DNA from: Vulcanimicrobiota bacterium
GTDB taxonomy: Bacteria; Vulcanimicrobiota; Vulcanimicrobiia; Vulcanimicrobiales; Vulcanimicrobiaceae
DNA length: 64,000 nucleotides
Reading direction: 5' to 3'
Assembly (NCBI GenBank): GCA_963815165.1
Contig: CAWFFL010000002.1
Coordinates: 289,023-353,022 of the forward strand
The notes beneath the pieces are model-generated. The model did not search any database and had not been told where the DNA came from. It saw only the letters and a list, made by a program, of their open reading frames with translations. The position numbers and the translations under genes are program-made. Of this stretch, positions 29,125 through 40,775 are shown one piece after another (positions within the stretch are counted from its first letter, which is position 1; the number at the start of each line of letters is the position of its first letter).

Positions 29125-29780
29125 GGGATCCCTCCAATTCCCAACGTGCCGATTCCCGCAGATTGCACGAGCTGCGCGAGCTGCTCTTTCTGTTTTTGAT
29201 AAATCAGGAAGATGCCGGTGCCTTTGTGATCGAAGGGCAAGTCGTTCATGCTGAGCACCCGCAATCCGAGGCTGACCTTGGCTCGGATCGGATTCAAGGT
29301 CGTGTCGAACGCCTCTTCGGTGATACTGAAGTCGGTAATGCGAACGGGGACGACGCGGTTCTTGCTCCAGACGAAGAGCGTTAGCGGTCCTTGAACCGGA
29401 ATGATCTCGAGCGCGCCGCTGTTCGAGAGATCGTTGGTTGCAATCAACTGCGCGGCCGTAGGACTGACCATCATCTCCAACACCGCGAGCTGCGGGAATA
29501 TGCCGGCATTGACGGCGCTCGGGTATTGGCCTGGCGAAGCCAGTTGATCGGTCGCGTCGATCTCGGCTTCCAGCTTGAGCGTCTCGACGGCCGGCCCTTT
29601 GAGGCGCAGCGCCTCCGACCGATTCCCCGCATCCGGCGTCACGGTTTGCGCCTGAAGCGTTCGGCTGAGCGAATCGGGGTTGTATTGGAGCGCGACGATG
29701 CGCTCCAACATGCCCGTATCCGGATCGAGCAGTACGATACCGCCTTTGACGAGGCGAGGTGAACCGGGAAAACTGCTCAT
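29121..29780 (-). CDS. second tube-family protein / tube initiator (Afp5-like)
   Basis: LVKGGIVLLDPDTGMLERIVALQYNPDSLSRTL matches the CIS tube-protein N-terminal pattern. The gene sits between the ATPase block and the LysM/gpD genes. Confidence 0.6.
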   Translation of the reverse strand: MSSFPGSPRLVKGGIVLLDPDTGMLERIVALQYNPDSLSRTLQAQTVTPDAGNRSEALRLKGPAVETLKLEAEIDATDQLASPGQYPSAVNAGIFPQLAVLEMMVSPTAAQLIATNDLSNSGALEIIPVQGPLTLFVWSKNRVVPVRITDFSITEEAFDTTLNPIRAKVSLGLRVLSMNDLPFDHKGTGIFLIYQKQKEQLAQLVQSAGIGTLGIGGIP

Positions 29781-30046
29781 CGTCGCCTGCCGCTCGGCGC
29801 CGTCACCGCCGAACGGATCGCACGCGCGGCGGCGCCTGCGACGGCGCCCGATCGCGCCTTCGGAATTGCACGAACGATGCCGGCATCGACGTGCTCGACG
29901 GTACGCGCGGCCGGCCGTTCGATGCCGGAGCCAAACACGTCCATTAGTTGAGCGCGGATTGCATCGCCGATATCGCGCGCGTCGTTCCGCTCCAACCCGT
30001 GCACGACGAGCCGGTCGATGTGGATTTCCACGCGTGCGGGCCTCAC
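29777..30046 (-). CDS. small conserved eCIS-associated hypothetical protein
   Basis: I set the start at GTG 30046, which overlaps the AAA+ stop as GTGA. The product begins VRPARVEIHIDRLVVHGLERNDARDIGDAI. Confidence 0.4.
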   Translation of the reverse strand: MRPARVEIHIDRLVVHGLERNDARDIGDAIRAQLMDVFGSGIERPAARTVEHVDAGIVRAIPKARSGAVAGAAARAIRSAVTAPSGRRR

Positions 30047-31834
30047 GACCAACCCGCCAGTTCCGCCGCGCTCAGCGGACGCTCGAGTTTTTCGCACTCG
30101 GCGCGCGCTGCGCGGAGCAAGTGCTCCATGCGCACGGGAGCGTCGCCGGCAGCCGCGCGAAACGCCGCGTCGAGCGCAATATTGCGGATGCTTCCGCCCG
30201 ACACGTTCAACTGCGCGAGCCTGGCGGAGTCGACGCGTTCTAACGGGAGCTCAGCTGGAAAGATACGGTTCCATATTTGCTGCCGCCCGAACGCGTCGGG
30301 AAACGGAAAGTCGACGTGAAAGCGTATGCGCCGGACGAAAGCCTGATCCAACGCCTGCTTGAAGTTGGTGGCGAGGATTGCCGCACCGCGATACTCCTCC
30401 ATTCGCGTGAGCAGATATCCGATCTCGATGTTCGCGTAACGGTCGTGGCTATCGCGAACTTCGGAGCGCTTCCCAAAGAGCGCGTCGGCCTCATCGAAGA
30501 AGAGCACTAACGAGGAGCCATCCGCCGCGTCGAAGACGCGCGCTAAGTTCTTTTCCGTCTCCCCGATATATTTGTCGACGACTTGACTCAGGTCGATGCG
30601 ATAGAGATCCAAACCGAGTTCGTTTGCGACGACTTCGGCGGCTAACGTCTTACCGGTTCCCGGCGGCCCCTGCAAAGAGTGCGGCGATTCCGAGTCCCCG
30701 CGAGCCGCGCCGAGCAAAACCCCACTGCTCGTAGACGCGGTCCCGATAGCGCATCTGATCGCAGAAGCGCCTTAGCATGGCGAGCTGGCGTTCCGGCAAG
30801 ACGAGGTCGTTCCAACCCACGCTCGCTTCGATCCGCTGGGCGAGCCCTCCGAGTCGCGAGCGCGAGCGATCGCGTATACTTGGGCGCGACGCGGCGTTTT
30901 CCGCGATAGCGCCTTTGGGAATGTCAATCGTCGAGAATCCGTCGACGGCAAAGGCGCGTTCGGAAGTCGAAACGACGACCGGCGCGGCCAAGGCGGCCAA
31001 CTGCGAAAGAATTCGCTCGCGTGCGCCACGCTCTAGCGCGCGGTCGTCTTCCACGAACAACGCTAAACCCATGAGAAGCGCCTCACGCTCGAACAACGTC
31101 GCGAGCGCGTGGAGCTCCGACGCGGCCGCCGGCAGCCGCGCGGCCGAGATCGTCATCATCCCCAGTCCGGAACCACGGCATGCCGCCGCAGCAGCGCCGC
31201 GAGCGACGTCTGCATCTGCTCCGCAGAGCACGATTTTCAACCCGCCAAAGCCGTTCGTGACGCTCAATTTTTGAACGACCGCGGACGCGATCTCGTCGTA
31301 CGATGGGTCGCGTAAAGCCGGCGACTGCCGCTCGTCGACGTACGGCAGCACTCGCTCGTCGATCGTTCGGACGCCGGTCAGCTCGTGTAAAATACGCTCG
31401 TCGATGCGAAGCGGGCTTGTCGAAATCGAGTCGCCGCAAAGCGTGAGGAGGCGCCAGCGACGCAGCGGCGCGGTCGGCGACAGCGCGCTCCAGTGCGCGG
31501 CATCGAGGACGGCGAGCGCAAGGCCAAAGGTCGGATAGGGCATCGCGGCGTCGCCGTGGGCCCTCGCACACGCACCGGCGAAGCGCGCATCCAACTCCAT
31601 CCCCGCGCACAGAAGAACGACGTCGCGCTCGAACGGCGAAAGTCCGAACGTCCCGACGAGATTTGCCAGCGTAACGGGAAGCTGCGCGGGCAGCCCCGGG
31701 CGCGCATTCCCGGTCGGAACGGCGTCGCAGACTTTCGGTTCTGCATGGAGCTCGAGCGCGAAGCGGATTGTCGCCAAAGACTCGACGAGCGCGCGCTGGT
31801 TCTCCTCGACCCATGAAACCGTTGCGTCGATCAC
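30043..31834 (-). CDS. eCIS AAA+ ATPase (Afp15-like), frame broken once inside the Walker A region
   Basis: GPPGTGKTLAAEVVANELGLDLYRIDLSQVVDKYIGETEKNL and LVLFFDEADALFGKR are Walker A and Walker B. ORFs 30650..31834 and 30043..30717 join if the CCCC run at 30667..30670 is read as CCC, giving GIAALFAGPPGTGKT. Confidence 0.85.
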
Positions 31835-33025
31835 GGCACGGTAACCGTTGGCCCGGCGAATGCTCCGGTCGAATCGACCGTGAGCGTGCTCTCGGCTCCG
31901 TCGATTTGCACTCGCATGAGGTAGTTTCCGGCAACGACCCCGGCGAGATCGAACGAGAGCGTCGTTGTGTTGGCGACAACGACTCCGCCGTCGATGTTAT
32001 AGGCAGCCGGCGGAGATCCGGTCGTGGCGTTGAGCAATAGCGACGCCCGCTGTCCGCTTAGCACGGTCGGCGAGACGTTGATGCTTGCGGCTGAGGCAGA
32101 TACCGTAGCGAGTGTCGCCGTCGGCTGCACGACAAAAGCGGCGACGTTCGATTCGAAGCCGGGATGCGCAATCGGCGGCGTTCCCATCGGCAGCGAGAAG
32201 ACGGCTTGTAAACCGTGCACTCCGGCAGCGACGCCGGCTGGGAGCGGCACCGTGAGTTGCGTTGGCGTTGCAGTGGCCGGTGCGTACTGTACGCCGTCGA
32301 TCGAAACCGCGGCGAGGTCTCCCTGAAGATTGTTGCCTGAGACGAGTAGCGTGCTGCCGGCGACAATTTGGCGATCCGTCCGGCGTCGCAACCTGTGTGA
32401 CGATCGGATTGACGAACGGGATGGCGTAGAGATTGGCCACGAGCACCGGCAGCGCTTGCCTTGGAGTGTCGCTCGTTTCGAGGAGCACGACCGAAGCTTG
32501 ATAGACGATCGAGAGAACGTATGGAGTCTGCAAGAAGACCGACCAGAGTTTTGAGATCTCTTCGACGTTCATGACGGTCTGCGTGAAGTGCACCAGTTCG
32601 CTCTGACCCGCGAGATCGCCGAGGGGCGAGAAGGTCGTGAACGGCGCGGCGGTTTCGGTGGTCGTCAGGTCCTGGCGCGCGAGCGCCGGCCGTGCGTGCA
32701 GCGCGCTGACTACGCAGCCGAGCAGACGTTCCGGCTCGTAGGTCGTCTCGTCGCCGTAGAACGTAAAAAGGTAATGCAGATCGACGGCTGCCTGCGGACG
32801 CAGGCTCAACGTTCCATCGCTCCGCCGTAGCGGCAGGTCGTCGTTGCGCAACGCGGCATTCGGCGTGACCTGAAAGAGAAAGATGTTGACCCCGGGCGGT
32901 CGAGTCGTTACCGTGCCGTCGGGTCTTCCCACGGCAGCCGTAGCGCCTGGGATATTTGCAATTGCCGCATTGACGATGCGAACGAGCGTCGCAGTTACCG
33001 AGGCAACCGCCGTCGTGCTGCTCAT
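31831..33025 (-). CDS. DUF4255 (Pvc16/Afp16-like) tail cap protein with a C-terminal Ig-like (IPT-type) extension, frame broken once
   Basis: VASVTATLVRIVNAAI..VNIFLFQVTPNAALRNDDLP..AVDLHYLFTFYG is the DUF4255 pattern. It joins ORF 31831..32391 (QIVAGSTLLVSGNNLQGDLAAVSIDGVQY..) across a break near 32366..32385. Confidence 0.75.
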
Positions 33026-33777
33026 GAGCGATTTTCGCCGCGCAAGTACGCTTCAAGCGTCAACCGTGGCCGGCGCGGCGGCGCGCTGGGCATCGGCGGC
33101 GGTGCGGGTGGCGTTATAGCACGAACGTCGACGCGGCCGATCGTGACTTGGACGACGGGGCCGCCCGCGTAAGTGCTTTCGCTACTCGACGCCGCCACCG
33201 AATAGCGATCGCCATGCGTCCGTGTTGCATTCTCTCGCGATTGAGCTGCGAGAGATTCGGCTTCGTCGGCGTCTTGACGCCGGTCTCGACTCGCTGACAA
33301 GATTGCCGGTGGTTCGGAAAAAATTGGCGTTGGCTCAGATCGCGGCTGCACGGCTACGCCGGCAATTGGAGACGACGAGCGATCCGCGACTGCAAAGGGC
33401 GGTCGCACGCTCATCGGCGCGCGCTCGTTCCTCTGCTCCGCGAGCGCCTCGTGGAACCGTTGCTCGAGCGTAACCGGACTCTTGCGTTCCTCGACCTCGC
33501 GCGAGAACGGCGTTGAATGAACGATTCTCTCGGGTGTCGCCTCTATCGGATTCGAACGCGGCAACGCGCCTTCCGCGCGGCTAAGGTGTTTGCCGTCTGG
33601 GTTGTTCTGCGACGTCATCATCGCAACGTCGGTTGCACCGGTCTCCACGAGCGGCGATTCGATAAACAACGGGGCCGGCTCGAGTGCGCCACCGAAGACC
33701 GGACGCAAAATCGGACGCACGACCCCTACGCTTCCGATTGACTTCTGCGCGAGGCGCGTCAGTGCGTCGCCGGTCAT
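33022..33777 (-). CDS. tape-measure-like tail length determinant (Afp14-like)
   Basis: 251 aa, low-complexity and disordered. The C-terminus VVQVTIGRVDVRAITPPAPPP...LTLEAYLRG matches the conserved IGRIEVRA-type end seen in eCIS tape-measure proteins. ATGA overlaps on both sides. Confidence 0.5.
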   Translation of the reverse strand: MTGDALTRLAQKSIGSVGVVRPILRPVFGGALEPAPLFIESPLVETGATDVAMMTSQNNPDGKHLSRAEGALPRSNPIEATPERIVHSTPFSREVEERKSPVTLEQRFHEALAEQRNERAPMSVRPPFAVADRSSSPIAGVAVQPRSEPTPIFSEPPAILSASRDRRQDADEAESLAAQSRENATRTHGDRYSVAASSSESTYAGGPVVQVTIGRVDVRAITPPAPPPMPSAPPRRPRLTLEAYLRGENRS

Positions 33778-34490
33778 GGGATGAGTTCGAGATAGGCGGT
33801 ACGTCGCAGGGGCGACATTGCAAGGATGTCACGCTCGGTCCACCCATATGTGTATGCCAGCGCATGGACCTCGCGCAGTATCCGATGGCGCAATCCGACG
33901 AGTTCATGCCAGAAGAACGTTGCCGGATCGAAGGGCAGAGAAAAGTGCTCGCCGCAGGCGTCGCAGCGGATCGTGACTTCCGAATCAGATAACGGATCGC
34001 GCTCCGCAACTTCGTGCGCGAGCGCTTGCGCTATTTCGTCGATTTCGTTCGGCCCGCCATCGCGCTGCGCGACGTCGCCTCCCATGCAGCGCCGCGCGAT
34101 TTCGCGTCGTGCGATGTGCTCGTCGGTGAGACGCGAGATGGCCCGCACGTCGCCCGCGGTAGGCAGCCGGCAGGGCGTACGCGCCGTGCCGGCTTCAAAC
34201 ATTGCGAACTCGTCGATGCGCGGTACGCTCGCGGCGGGAGCTACAAATACAAACTCGAGCCGCTGCGCGCACGAGGGGCACTCGGCCCAGCCCTCGTACG
34301 TCGACCCGAGCGTCGCCTCGCGCAGCGCGAGCACCAACGCGTCACGCGCCCCAACCGGGAGCGCGTCGATTTCATCGTCGTGCAGCTCCGGAGCGGCCAC
34401 GCCGGCCAAAGCAGATGCGCGTTCCGCAGGCGTGGCATGCGCACCACTTTCGCAAAGCGCGAGAAGTGCGGCGGCGCTGAGGGCTCGCAT
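33774..34490 (-). CDS. conserved eCIS accessory protein (putative assembly chaperone, two CxxC pairs)
   Basis: 238 aa with CPSC and CDAC motifs (zinc-ribbon-like). The C-terminus reads YGWTERDILAMSPLRRTAYLELI. The gene lies between the tube and tape-measure genes. Confidence 0.4.
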   Translation of the reverse strand: MRALSAAALLALCESGAHATPAERASALAGVAAPELHDDEIDALPVGARDALVLALREATLGSTYEGWAECPSCAQRLEFVFVAPAASVPRIDEFAMFEAGTARTPCRLPTAGDVRAISRLTDEHIARREIARRCMGGDVAQRDGGPNEIDEIAQALAHEVAERDPLSDSEVTIRCDACGEHFSLPFDPATFFWHELVGLRHRILREVHALAYTYGWTERDILAMSPLRRTAYLELIP

Positions 34491-34496
34491 GTCGGC

Positions 34497-35027
34497 CTAG
34501 CCGGTCGCCGCGGGCAGCGACGGCTCTGCCGGTTCCTTCACGCTTCCGTCGCGGATCCAGCCCTCGTTCTCCAACTTGATGTGCTGGATTGCGACGGCGG
34601 CGGTTCCGTTTGCATCGAGATCGGGTAACGCCACGTATTCCGAGACCCAGCACCGATAAACGTTATAGACGAGTACGAGCTGACCGGCTTCGTTGAAGAC
34701 GTGAATCTGGATGTCTCGACGGAAGTCTTTCAGCGACGATTCGGCGCCGGGTCCTCCGGCATAACGCCAAACCTTGCTCGCCCACGCCTCGAACTCCGAG
34801 TCTTGGGTGACGCCTCGCTCGAGCGTGATTGCGTCGTACTCGGTGCGTCCCGGCGACTTGCGGCTGGTGCTATGATCTCCGCCCTCGCGATGCTTCACTA
34901 CGTCGGTCGTTCGCTTGAGCGTGCTGACTTTGCTAATGCCTGCGACGTACTTGCCGTCCCATTTCACTCTAAACTTGAAATTCTTGTACGGATCGAAGCG
35001 CGTCGTGTTGACGGAAAACTGAGCCAT
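34497..35027 (-). CDS. tail tube protein (T4 gp19 / Afp1-like)
   Basis: FDPYKNFKFRVKWDGKYVAGISKVSTLKRTTDVVKHREGGD..RTEYDAITLERGVTQD..YRCWVSEY is the hallmark of the conserved phage tail-region tube family. Confidence 0.9.
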   Translation of the reverse strand: MAQFSVNTTRFDPYKNFKFRVKWDGKYVAGISKVSTLKRTTDVVKHREGGDHSTSRKSPGRTEYDAITLERGVTQDSEFEAWASKVWRYAGGPGAESSLKDFRRDIQIHVFNEAGQLVLVYNVYRCWVSEYVALPDLDANGTAAVAIQHIKLENEGWIRDGSVKEPAEPSLPAATG

Positions 35028-35039
35028 TGAATCTCTCCT

Positions 35040-36595
<1,556 letters not shown>

Positions 36596-36599
36596 CCTG

Positions 36600-36890
36600 T
36601 CACCTCAAAGGCGTTGCCGGCGAGTCGGCGCCGTACCGTTCGATGCCAAGTTTGAGAAGCGCCGCCAGCGAGTAAAAGCCGGCGTCGCCCTGGAAATACG
36701 CGACGCTCTTCGAGGTGGGCTCCTCAATCGTGCCGCGAACGAGATCTCCCCGTTCGTTCCAAAACGTCAATACGAATAGCGCTTCTCGCGCGGTCAATCG
36801 TTCGCGATCGTCGGCGGGGCGAGCGACGATTCTCAGCGAGCCGGCATCGGTCGGCTCGACGCTCACCATCAGGGACATTTTTCCGTCCAT
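36600..36890 (-). CDS. small hypothetical protein, first gene of the eCIS operon
   Basis: 96 aa. AGGGAG Shine-Dalgarno upstream of ATG 36890. The gene ends 4 nt before the sheath start. Confidence 0.45.
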   Translation of the reverse strand: MDGKMSLMVSVEPTDAGSLRIVARPADDRERLTAREALFVLTFWNERGDLVRGTIEEPTSKSVAYFQGDAGFYSLAALLKLGIERYGADSPATPLR

Positions 36891-37060
36891 GGCGCTCCCT
36901 GATCGTACAGGCGCCTCATCCGTGCGCGTTCTCTCGGGCCTCCGCGGCGCCTCAGCCGGCGCTCTATCGCCGCTCTCTCGGCGAGCGATTGACTGCCCTG
37001 TTGTCGTGTGCTACCATCGCGAGACCTCAGACATCCGAAAAGCTCGCGTTCGGTTGGGAG
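36891..37060. promoter_or_regulatory. divergent promoter region between the eCIS operon and the SARP regulator, with an 11-bp-phased direct repeat
   Basis: GGCGCTCT (36958..36965) and GCCGCTCT (36969..36976) repeat with an 11-bp offset (CGCTCT at 36960 and 36971). No -10/-35 elements are assigned. Confidence 0.3.
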
Positions 37061-37933
37061 ATGATGGAACGCGTTGTACTTCTTCCCCTGATCGACGAGT
37101 TGATGACGCTCGTTCGCATCGACCGCCAAAACCGTGGCCATGTCGCCGAGATCATTGACTCGATCGCGCGCGCAGCAACCGACTCGAAACCGGCATCCGA
37201 GCAGACTGCGCTGCACGTCCGCTTGCTCGGTCAGTTTAGTCTTCGCGGGGGCGCCATCTGGCTCGATGGCCCACGTCTACGCACCGCCCGACAGTTCATC
37301 GCCTACCTCATCCTTCATCGGCGATCGGTAACGTCGAGGCAAACGCTTACGGAGCTCTTCTGGCCGGGCAGCGACGCCGACGGCTTGACTCACCGTCTGC
37401 ATCTGGCGGTGAGCTCGGCGCGCTGCGTGCTGCGCGCGGCGCTGGGGGGTGAGGATCCGATTCTTTGCATCAACGGCGGCTACGGGTGGCGGCCGACGGT
37501 TCGGGTCGAATCCGATGTCGAGGCATTCTTGAATCGAGAGCGCAGCGACGACGAAGGAGTGCTGCGCGAAGCGATGTCCCTCTATCGCGGGGAGTTTCTG
37601 ACGGGCGAAGATGCCGACTGGGTGCAGCCGCTACGCGTGCGCTGTTCGAGCGCTTATTCCTCAATCATCGAGCGTCTTGGCCGCGCCGCTTACGGTGCCG
37701 GCCGCTTCAGCGAGTCGCTCGCAATCGGACTCGAGCTGGTTTCACTCGATCTCGGATATGAAGGAGCGACGCGCCTGGTGATGCGCTCGTTCGCCGCGCT
37801 GGGTCATCCGCTTGCGGCGCAGCGCGAATACGACAAGCTCGATCGTTTCCTCAAACGAAGGCTCAATGCCGAACCGACAGTCGAGACGCGAACGCTACTG
37901 CAGGAGATCCTAAGGCTGCAACCCCAGGGGTGA
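36989..37933 (+). CDS. SARP/AfsR-type transcriptional activator (OmpR-like winged helix + BTAD)
   Basis: VRLLGQFSLRGGAIWLDGPRLRTARQFIAYLILHRRSVTSRQTLTELFWPGSD is the DNA-binding part. EAMSLYRGEFLTGEDADWVQPLR..REYDKLDRFLKRRLNAEPTVETRTLLQEI is the BTAD part. The start is uncertain; the ATGs at 37061/37064 are possible. Confidence 0.75.
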   Translation: MTALLSCATIARPQTSEKLAFGWEMMERVVLLPLIDELMTLVRIDRQNRGHVAEIIDSIARAATDSKPASEQTALHVRLLGQFSLRGGAIWLDGPRLRTARQFIAYLILHRRSVTSRQTLTELFWPGSDADGLTHRLHLAVSSARCVLRAALGGEDPILCINGGYGWRPTVRVESDVEAFLNRERSDDEGVLREAMSLYRGEFLTGEDADWVQPLRVRCSSAYSSIIERLGRAAYGAGRFSESLAIGLELVSLDLGYEGATRLVMRSFAALGHPLAAQREYDKLDRFLKRRLNAEPTVETRTLLQEILRLQPQG

Positions 37934-38841
37934 GAGCGTGGCCCGGCCGCGACCCCGGAGTGGCGCGAGCGAGATACGACGCGAAACCGTCACCACCCGG
38001 CACGCATCGAGGTGTGGCGTTAATCGGGTGGATGGAGCGGGAACAAGCGCTGCGATTCTTACTAGAGGACTGTGTCTGGGATACGCCGATGAGCGAAAGA
38101 GCGGCAGAGACCTTATGGCGTCCCTATCGCGCTCGCGCGGAAACGCTACCGCCGCGCGGTGCCCAGGCCGCCCAGTCGATTGCGCTGACGCCGGCGGAAT
38201 ACGAGCACAGCCAACGGTTCCTCGCCTTTCTCATCGGGCTCGGTCGCACACCGATCGAGGTCGTGAAGGTCGACCCCTTGCAACTCGTTGCGATACAGTA
38301 CCAGGTGGCCGTCGACCTCGCGGAAATCTATCGCGCTCCGTCGGCAACCGACGACGGCTGGATGGAGCAGGCTTTGCCGACAGAGATCAACCACCCAAAC
38401 CTCGAGGTCACCGTTACTCAGCGCCAGTTCGATACCGACATCGACATCAATCTTCCACATGCCGAATTTGTATTCGGGTTAAACGACCAAGGCGCGTTCC
38501 AACCCATTCAGAGTTTCGGCCACGTCGCTGCGATACGAATGCGGGACAGGCTCGTGCTCTTGAAAGGCTACCACCGGCTCTACGCCCGCATATCCGGGGA
38601 GAGCGCCCTGCGAAAACGCCCGACGATTTTGGGTATCGAACCCGAATCGCTCGGCCAGATGGTCGATCGCGAGAAAAAAGGAACCGCGAACGAACGACAT
38701 GGCCTGACCTTCCTTGGCCAACGCCCCGCGCTCATGGCAGACTTCTTCACGCCGGGCCACTATCTGAACGTATACCTCCGCAAGAAACGCTACCGCTTGC
38801 AGGTCCGAGCCACTTGGCAAGCGCTCAACGAAGAGTCTTGA
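37930..38841 (+). CDS. hypothetical protein
   Basis: 303-aa ORF with normal amino-acid composition, whereas the overlapping frame 37938..38855 is Arg-rich shadow. The start is either GTG 37930 (GTGA overlap with the SARP stop) or ATG 38032. Confidence 0.45.
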   Translation: MRAWPGRDPGVARARYDAKPSPPGTHRGVALIGWMEREQALRFLLEDCVWDTPMSERAAETLWRPYRARAETLPPRGAQAAQSIALTPAEYEHSQRFLAFLIGLGRTPIEVVKVDPLQLVAIQYQVAVDLAEIYRAPSATDDGWMEQALPTEINHPNLEVTVTQRQFDTDIDINLPHAEFVFGLNDQGAFQPIQSFGHVAAIRMRDRLVLLKGYHRLYARISGESALRKRPTILGIEPESLGQMVDREKKGTANERHGLTFLGQRPALMADFFTPGHYLNVYLRKKRYRLQVRATWQALNEES

Positions 38842-38851
38842 AACAAACCCG

Positions 38852-40771
38852 ATGAGGCAATACCAACGCTCGCCGATCGATTTGATTTGGATTTCCGATA
38901 GCCCGGAGACTCCATCGGGTTTTGGTAACGTTACGCGCTTCGTTTGTGAGGGACTCGCTCGGCGCGGGTATCGCGTCAATATTTTAGGTTGGCAGACGAC
39001 CCAAACACACGAGTGGAATGGGTGCCGGGTCCATTCGGTGGGCGTTCATCCGTTTGGGTTCGACGCACTCTATTCATTGCTATCACGAGTGCGGCCGCAG
39101 ATCGTAGCGGCGCTGGGCGATATTTGGTGGTTACCGTACTTCTCGGCCCCGCACATTCGTCGTCAGATGGAAATGCTCGACGCGCCCTGGCTGCTCTACT
39201 TTCCGGTCGACGGGAACAAATCGGACGAGCAGCTGCCGCAAGGCTGGCTCGAGTTGCTCGCGGAGGTCGACATTCCCGTCGCGATGAGCCGGTACGGACA
39301 AAGAATCGTGCAGAACGCCGGCATGCGTTGTGATTACATTCCGCACGGCGTCGATCTGAATATCTTTTCGCCGCCGGCGGACCGTGAGGCAGCTAAAGCG
39401 CGCATCGATGCTTCGGGCAAATTCGTCGTGCTTTCGGATTGCCGCAACCAGCCCAGAAAGATGATCCCGAGGCTGCTCGACGTCTTTGCAGCGTTTTCCA
39501 GGCATCGTCCCGATGCGCTTCTTCATCTTCATACCGATCCGGAAGATCCTTTCACGGCAACGCCCGTGTACTCGTACGCGGTGCGCGAAGACGTGAAACA
39601 CCTGGCATTGCAGCAATCCGTTCGCTTCAGTCCAACGTTTTCGGTGCTGCCCGGGCGAGGTCTGCCTCTCGAAAAGCTTGCATCCTATTATCAAGGTGCC
39701 GACGTTTTTCTCTTGGCATCGACCGGCGAAGGCTTTGGTCTGCCGACGCTGCAGGCGTCCGCGGCGGGTGCGGTTCCAATGGCAGGCGATTACAGTGCAA
39801 GCCGCGAGCTCGTGGAGGGACACGGTGAAGCGATCAAAATCACGGCATGGACCGAGAACGAGTTCGGAATCCGCGGTGGATTGATTGACGTCGACGACGC
39901 CGTCGAAAAATTGGCGCGATTGTACGACCAGCGCGATCTGCTTGCAGAGCGTTCGTTGCGATCCCGCGAGTTCGCTCGAGCGTACGGGTGGGAAACGGTC
40001 GTCGATCAGTGGGACGCGTTGTTGCGCGGCGTTGCGAGCCGCCGGCAGCGAATCGGACGAGTCACGCCGACCAAAAGCCAATCGGACGCGGAGGGTCTTT
40101 CCGCGTTGCGCGTTTTCGTGCCGGAAGGGGTGTCGGTCAAAGTCGACTTTGCCGAGCGCAACTATGGACGATTGGAATCTTCACTTCTCGCCGATCGGAG
40201 CGGGCGCTTGTCCGACGTCAAGATTCCGACGGTTCCCCGAGCGAGCACGACCGAGTCGGTCAAGGTCATCCGCGCGTTCGGCTACGTCGGCGTGGGAGGC
40301 GCAGAGAAACTCTTCGGGCGGCTGCAAGCAATCTTTCCGGTTCTCTCCGGATGGCGTGTCGAGTCGCAAAGCACGATGCAACGATCGGCCGACGATCTCG
40401 AGACGCTGCTATGGAGCCGGTTCGAGGACGCCCGGCTCCACGTAGCGCAGAGCGTCCTCTTACTCAACTTCGGCGGCGCATTTGCGACCGGTCTTTTGTG
40501 GGACGCGGCCTTTTTCGGAGTGCCGTGCGTCGGTGACGCAAGCGAAGTCCAGCGCCGGCTCTGGCCGCACCTTTGCGCGGCGAGTTGTGACGAAGCGGTC
40601 TGCCTGGCCCGGCGCGTGCTGACCGATGCCGCCTTTGCGGAATCCGCGGTAAAGGCCGCTCGCGACCTGGTCCCGCCCGAGGAACGGAGGGACGAAAAGG
40701 AGGTTGCGGCTTGGCTTCGCCGTCTTTCCGCGGCTAGAATGTCGGAAGCGCCATCCGTGACGGAGGCTTAG
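38852..40771 (+). CDS. GT-B fold glycosyltransferase (GT4-like) with a long C-terminal extension
   Basis: FLLASTGEGFGLPTLQASAAGAVPMAGDYSASRELVEGHGEAI is the E-x7-E region of retaining GT4 enzymes. Confidence 0.7.
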   Translation: MRQYQRSPIDLIWISDSPETPSGFGNVTRFVCEGLARRGYRVNILGWQTTQTHEWNGCRVHSVGVHPFGFDALYSLLSRVRPQIVAALGDIWWLPYFSAPHIRRQMEMLDAPWLLYFPVDGNKSDEQLPQGWLELLAEVDIPVAMSRYGQRIVQNAGMRCDYIPHGVDLNIFSPPADREAAKARIDASGKFVVLSDCRNQPRKMIPRLLDVFAAFSRHRPDALLHLHTDPEDPFTATPVYSYAVREDVKHLALQQSVRFSPTFSVLPGRGLPLEKLASYYQGADVFLLASTGEGFGLPTLQASAAGAVPMAGDYSASRELVEGHGEAIKITAWTENEFGIRGGLIDVDDAVEKLARLYDQRDLLAERSLRSREFARAYGWETVVDQWDALLRGVASRRQRIGRVTPTKSQSDAEGLSALRVFVPEGVSVKVDFAERNYGRLESSLLADRSGRLSDVKIPTVPRASTTESVKVIRAFGYVGVGGAEKLFGRLQAIFPVLSGWRVESQSTMQRSADDLETLLWSRFEDARLHVAQSVLLLNFGGAFATGLLWDAAFFGVPCVGDASEVQRRLWPHLCAASCDEAVCLARRVLTDAAFAESAVKAARDLVPPEERRDEKEVAAWLRRLSAARMSEAPSVTEA

Positions 40772-40775
40772 CGCA

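Noticed and set aside
31083-31979. Many long Arg/Pro/Ala-rich ORFs overlapping real genes (e.g. 31083..31979, 32058..33056, 37938..38855, 44242..45021, 24374..24940, 25646..26437, 54521..55012)
   Set aside because: These are typical alternative-frame or antisense shadows in GC-rich DNA. They have extreme Arg content and no motifs, and each overlaps a gene with clear family signatures.
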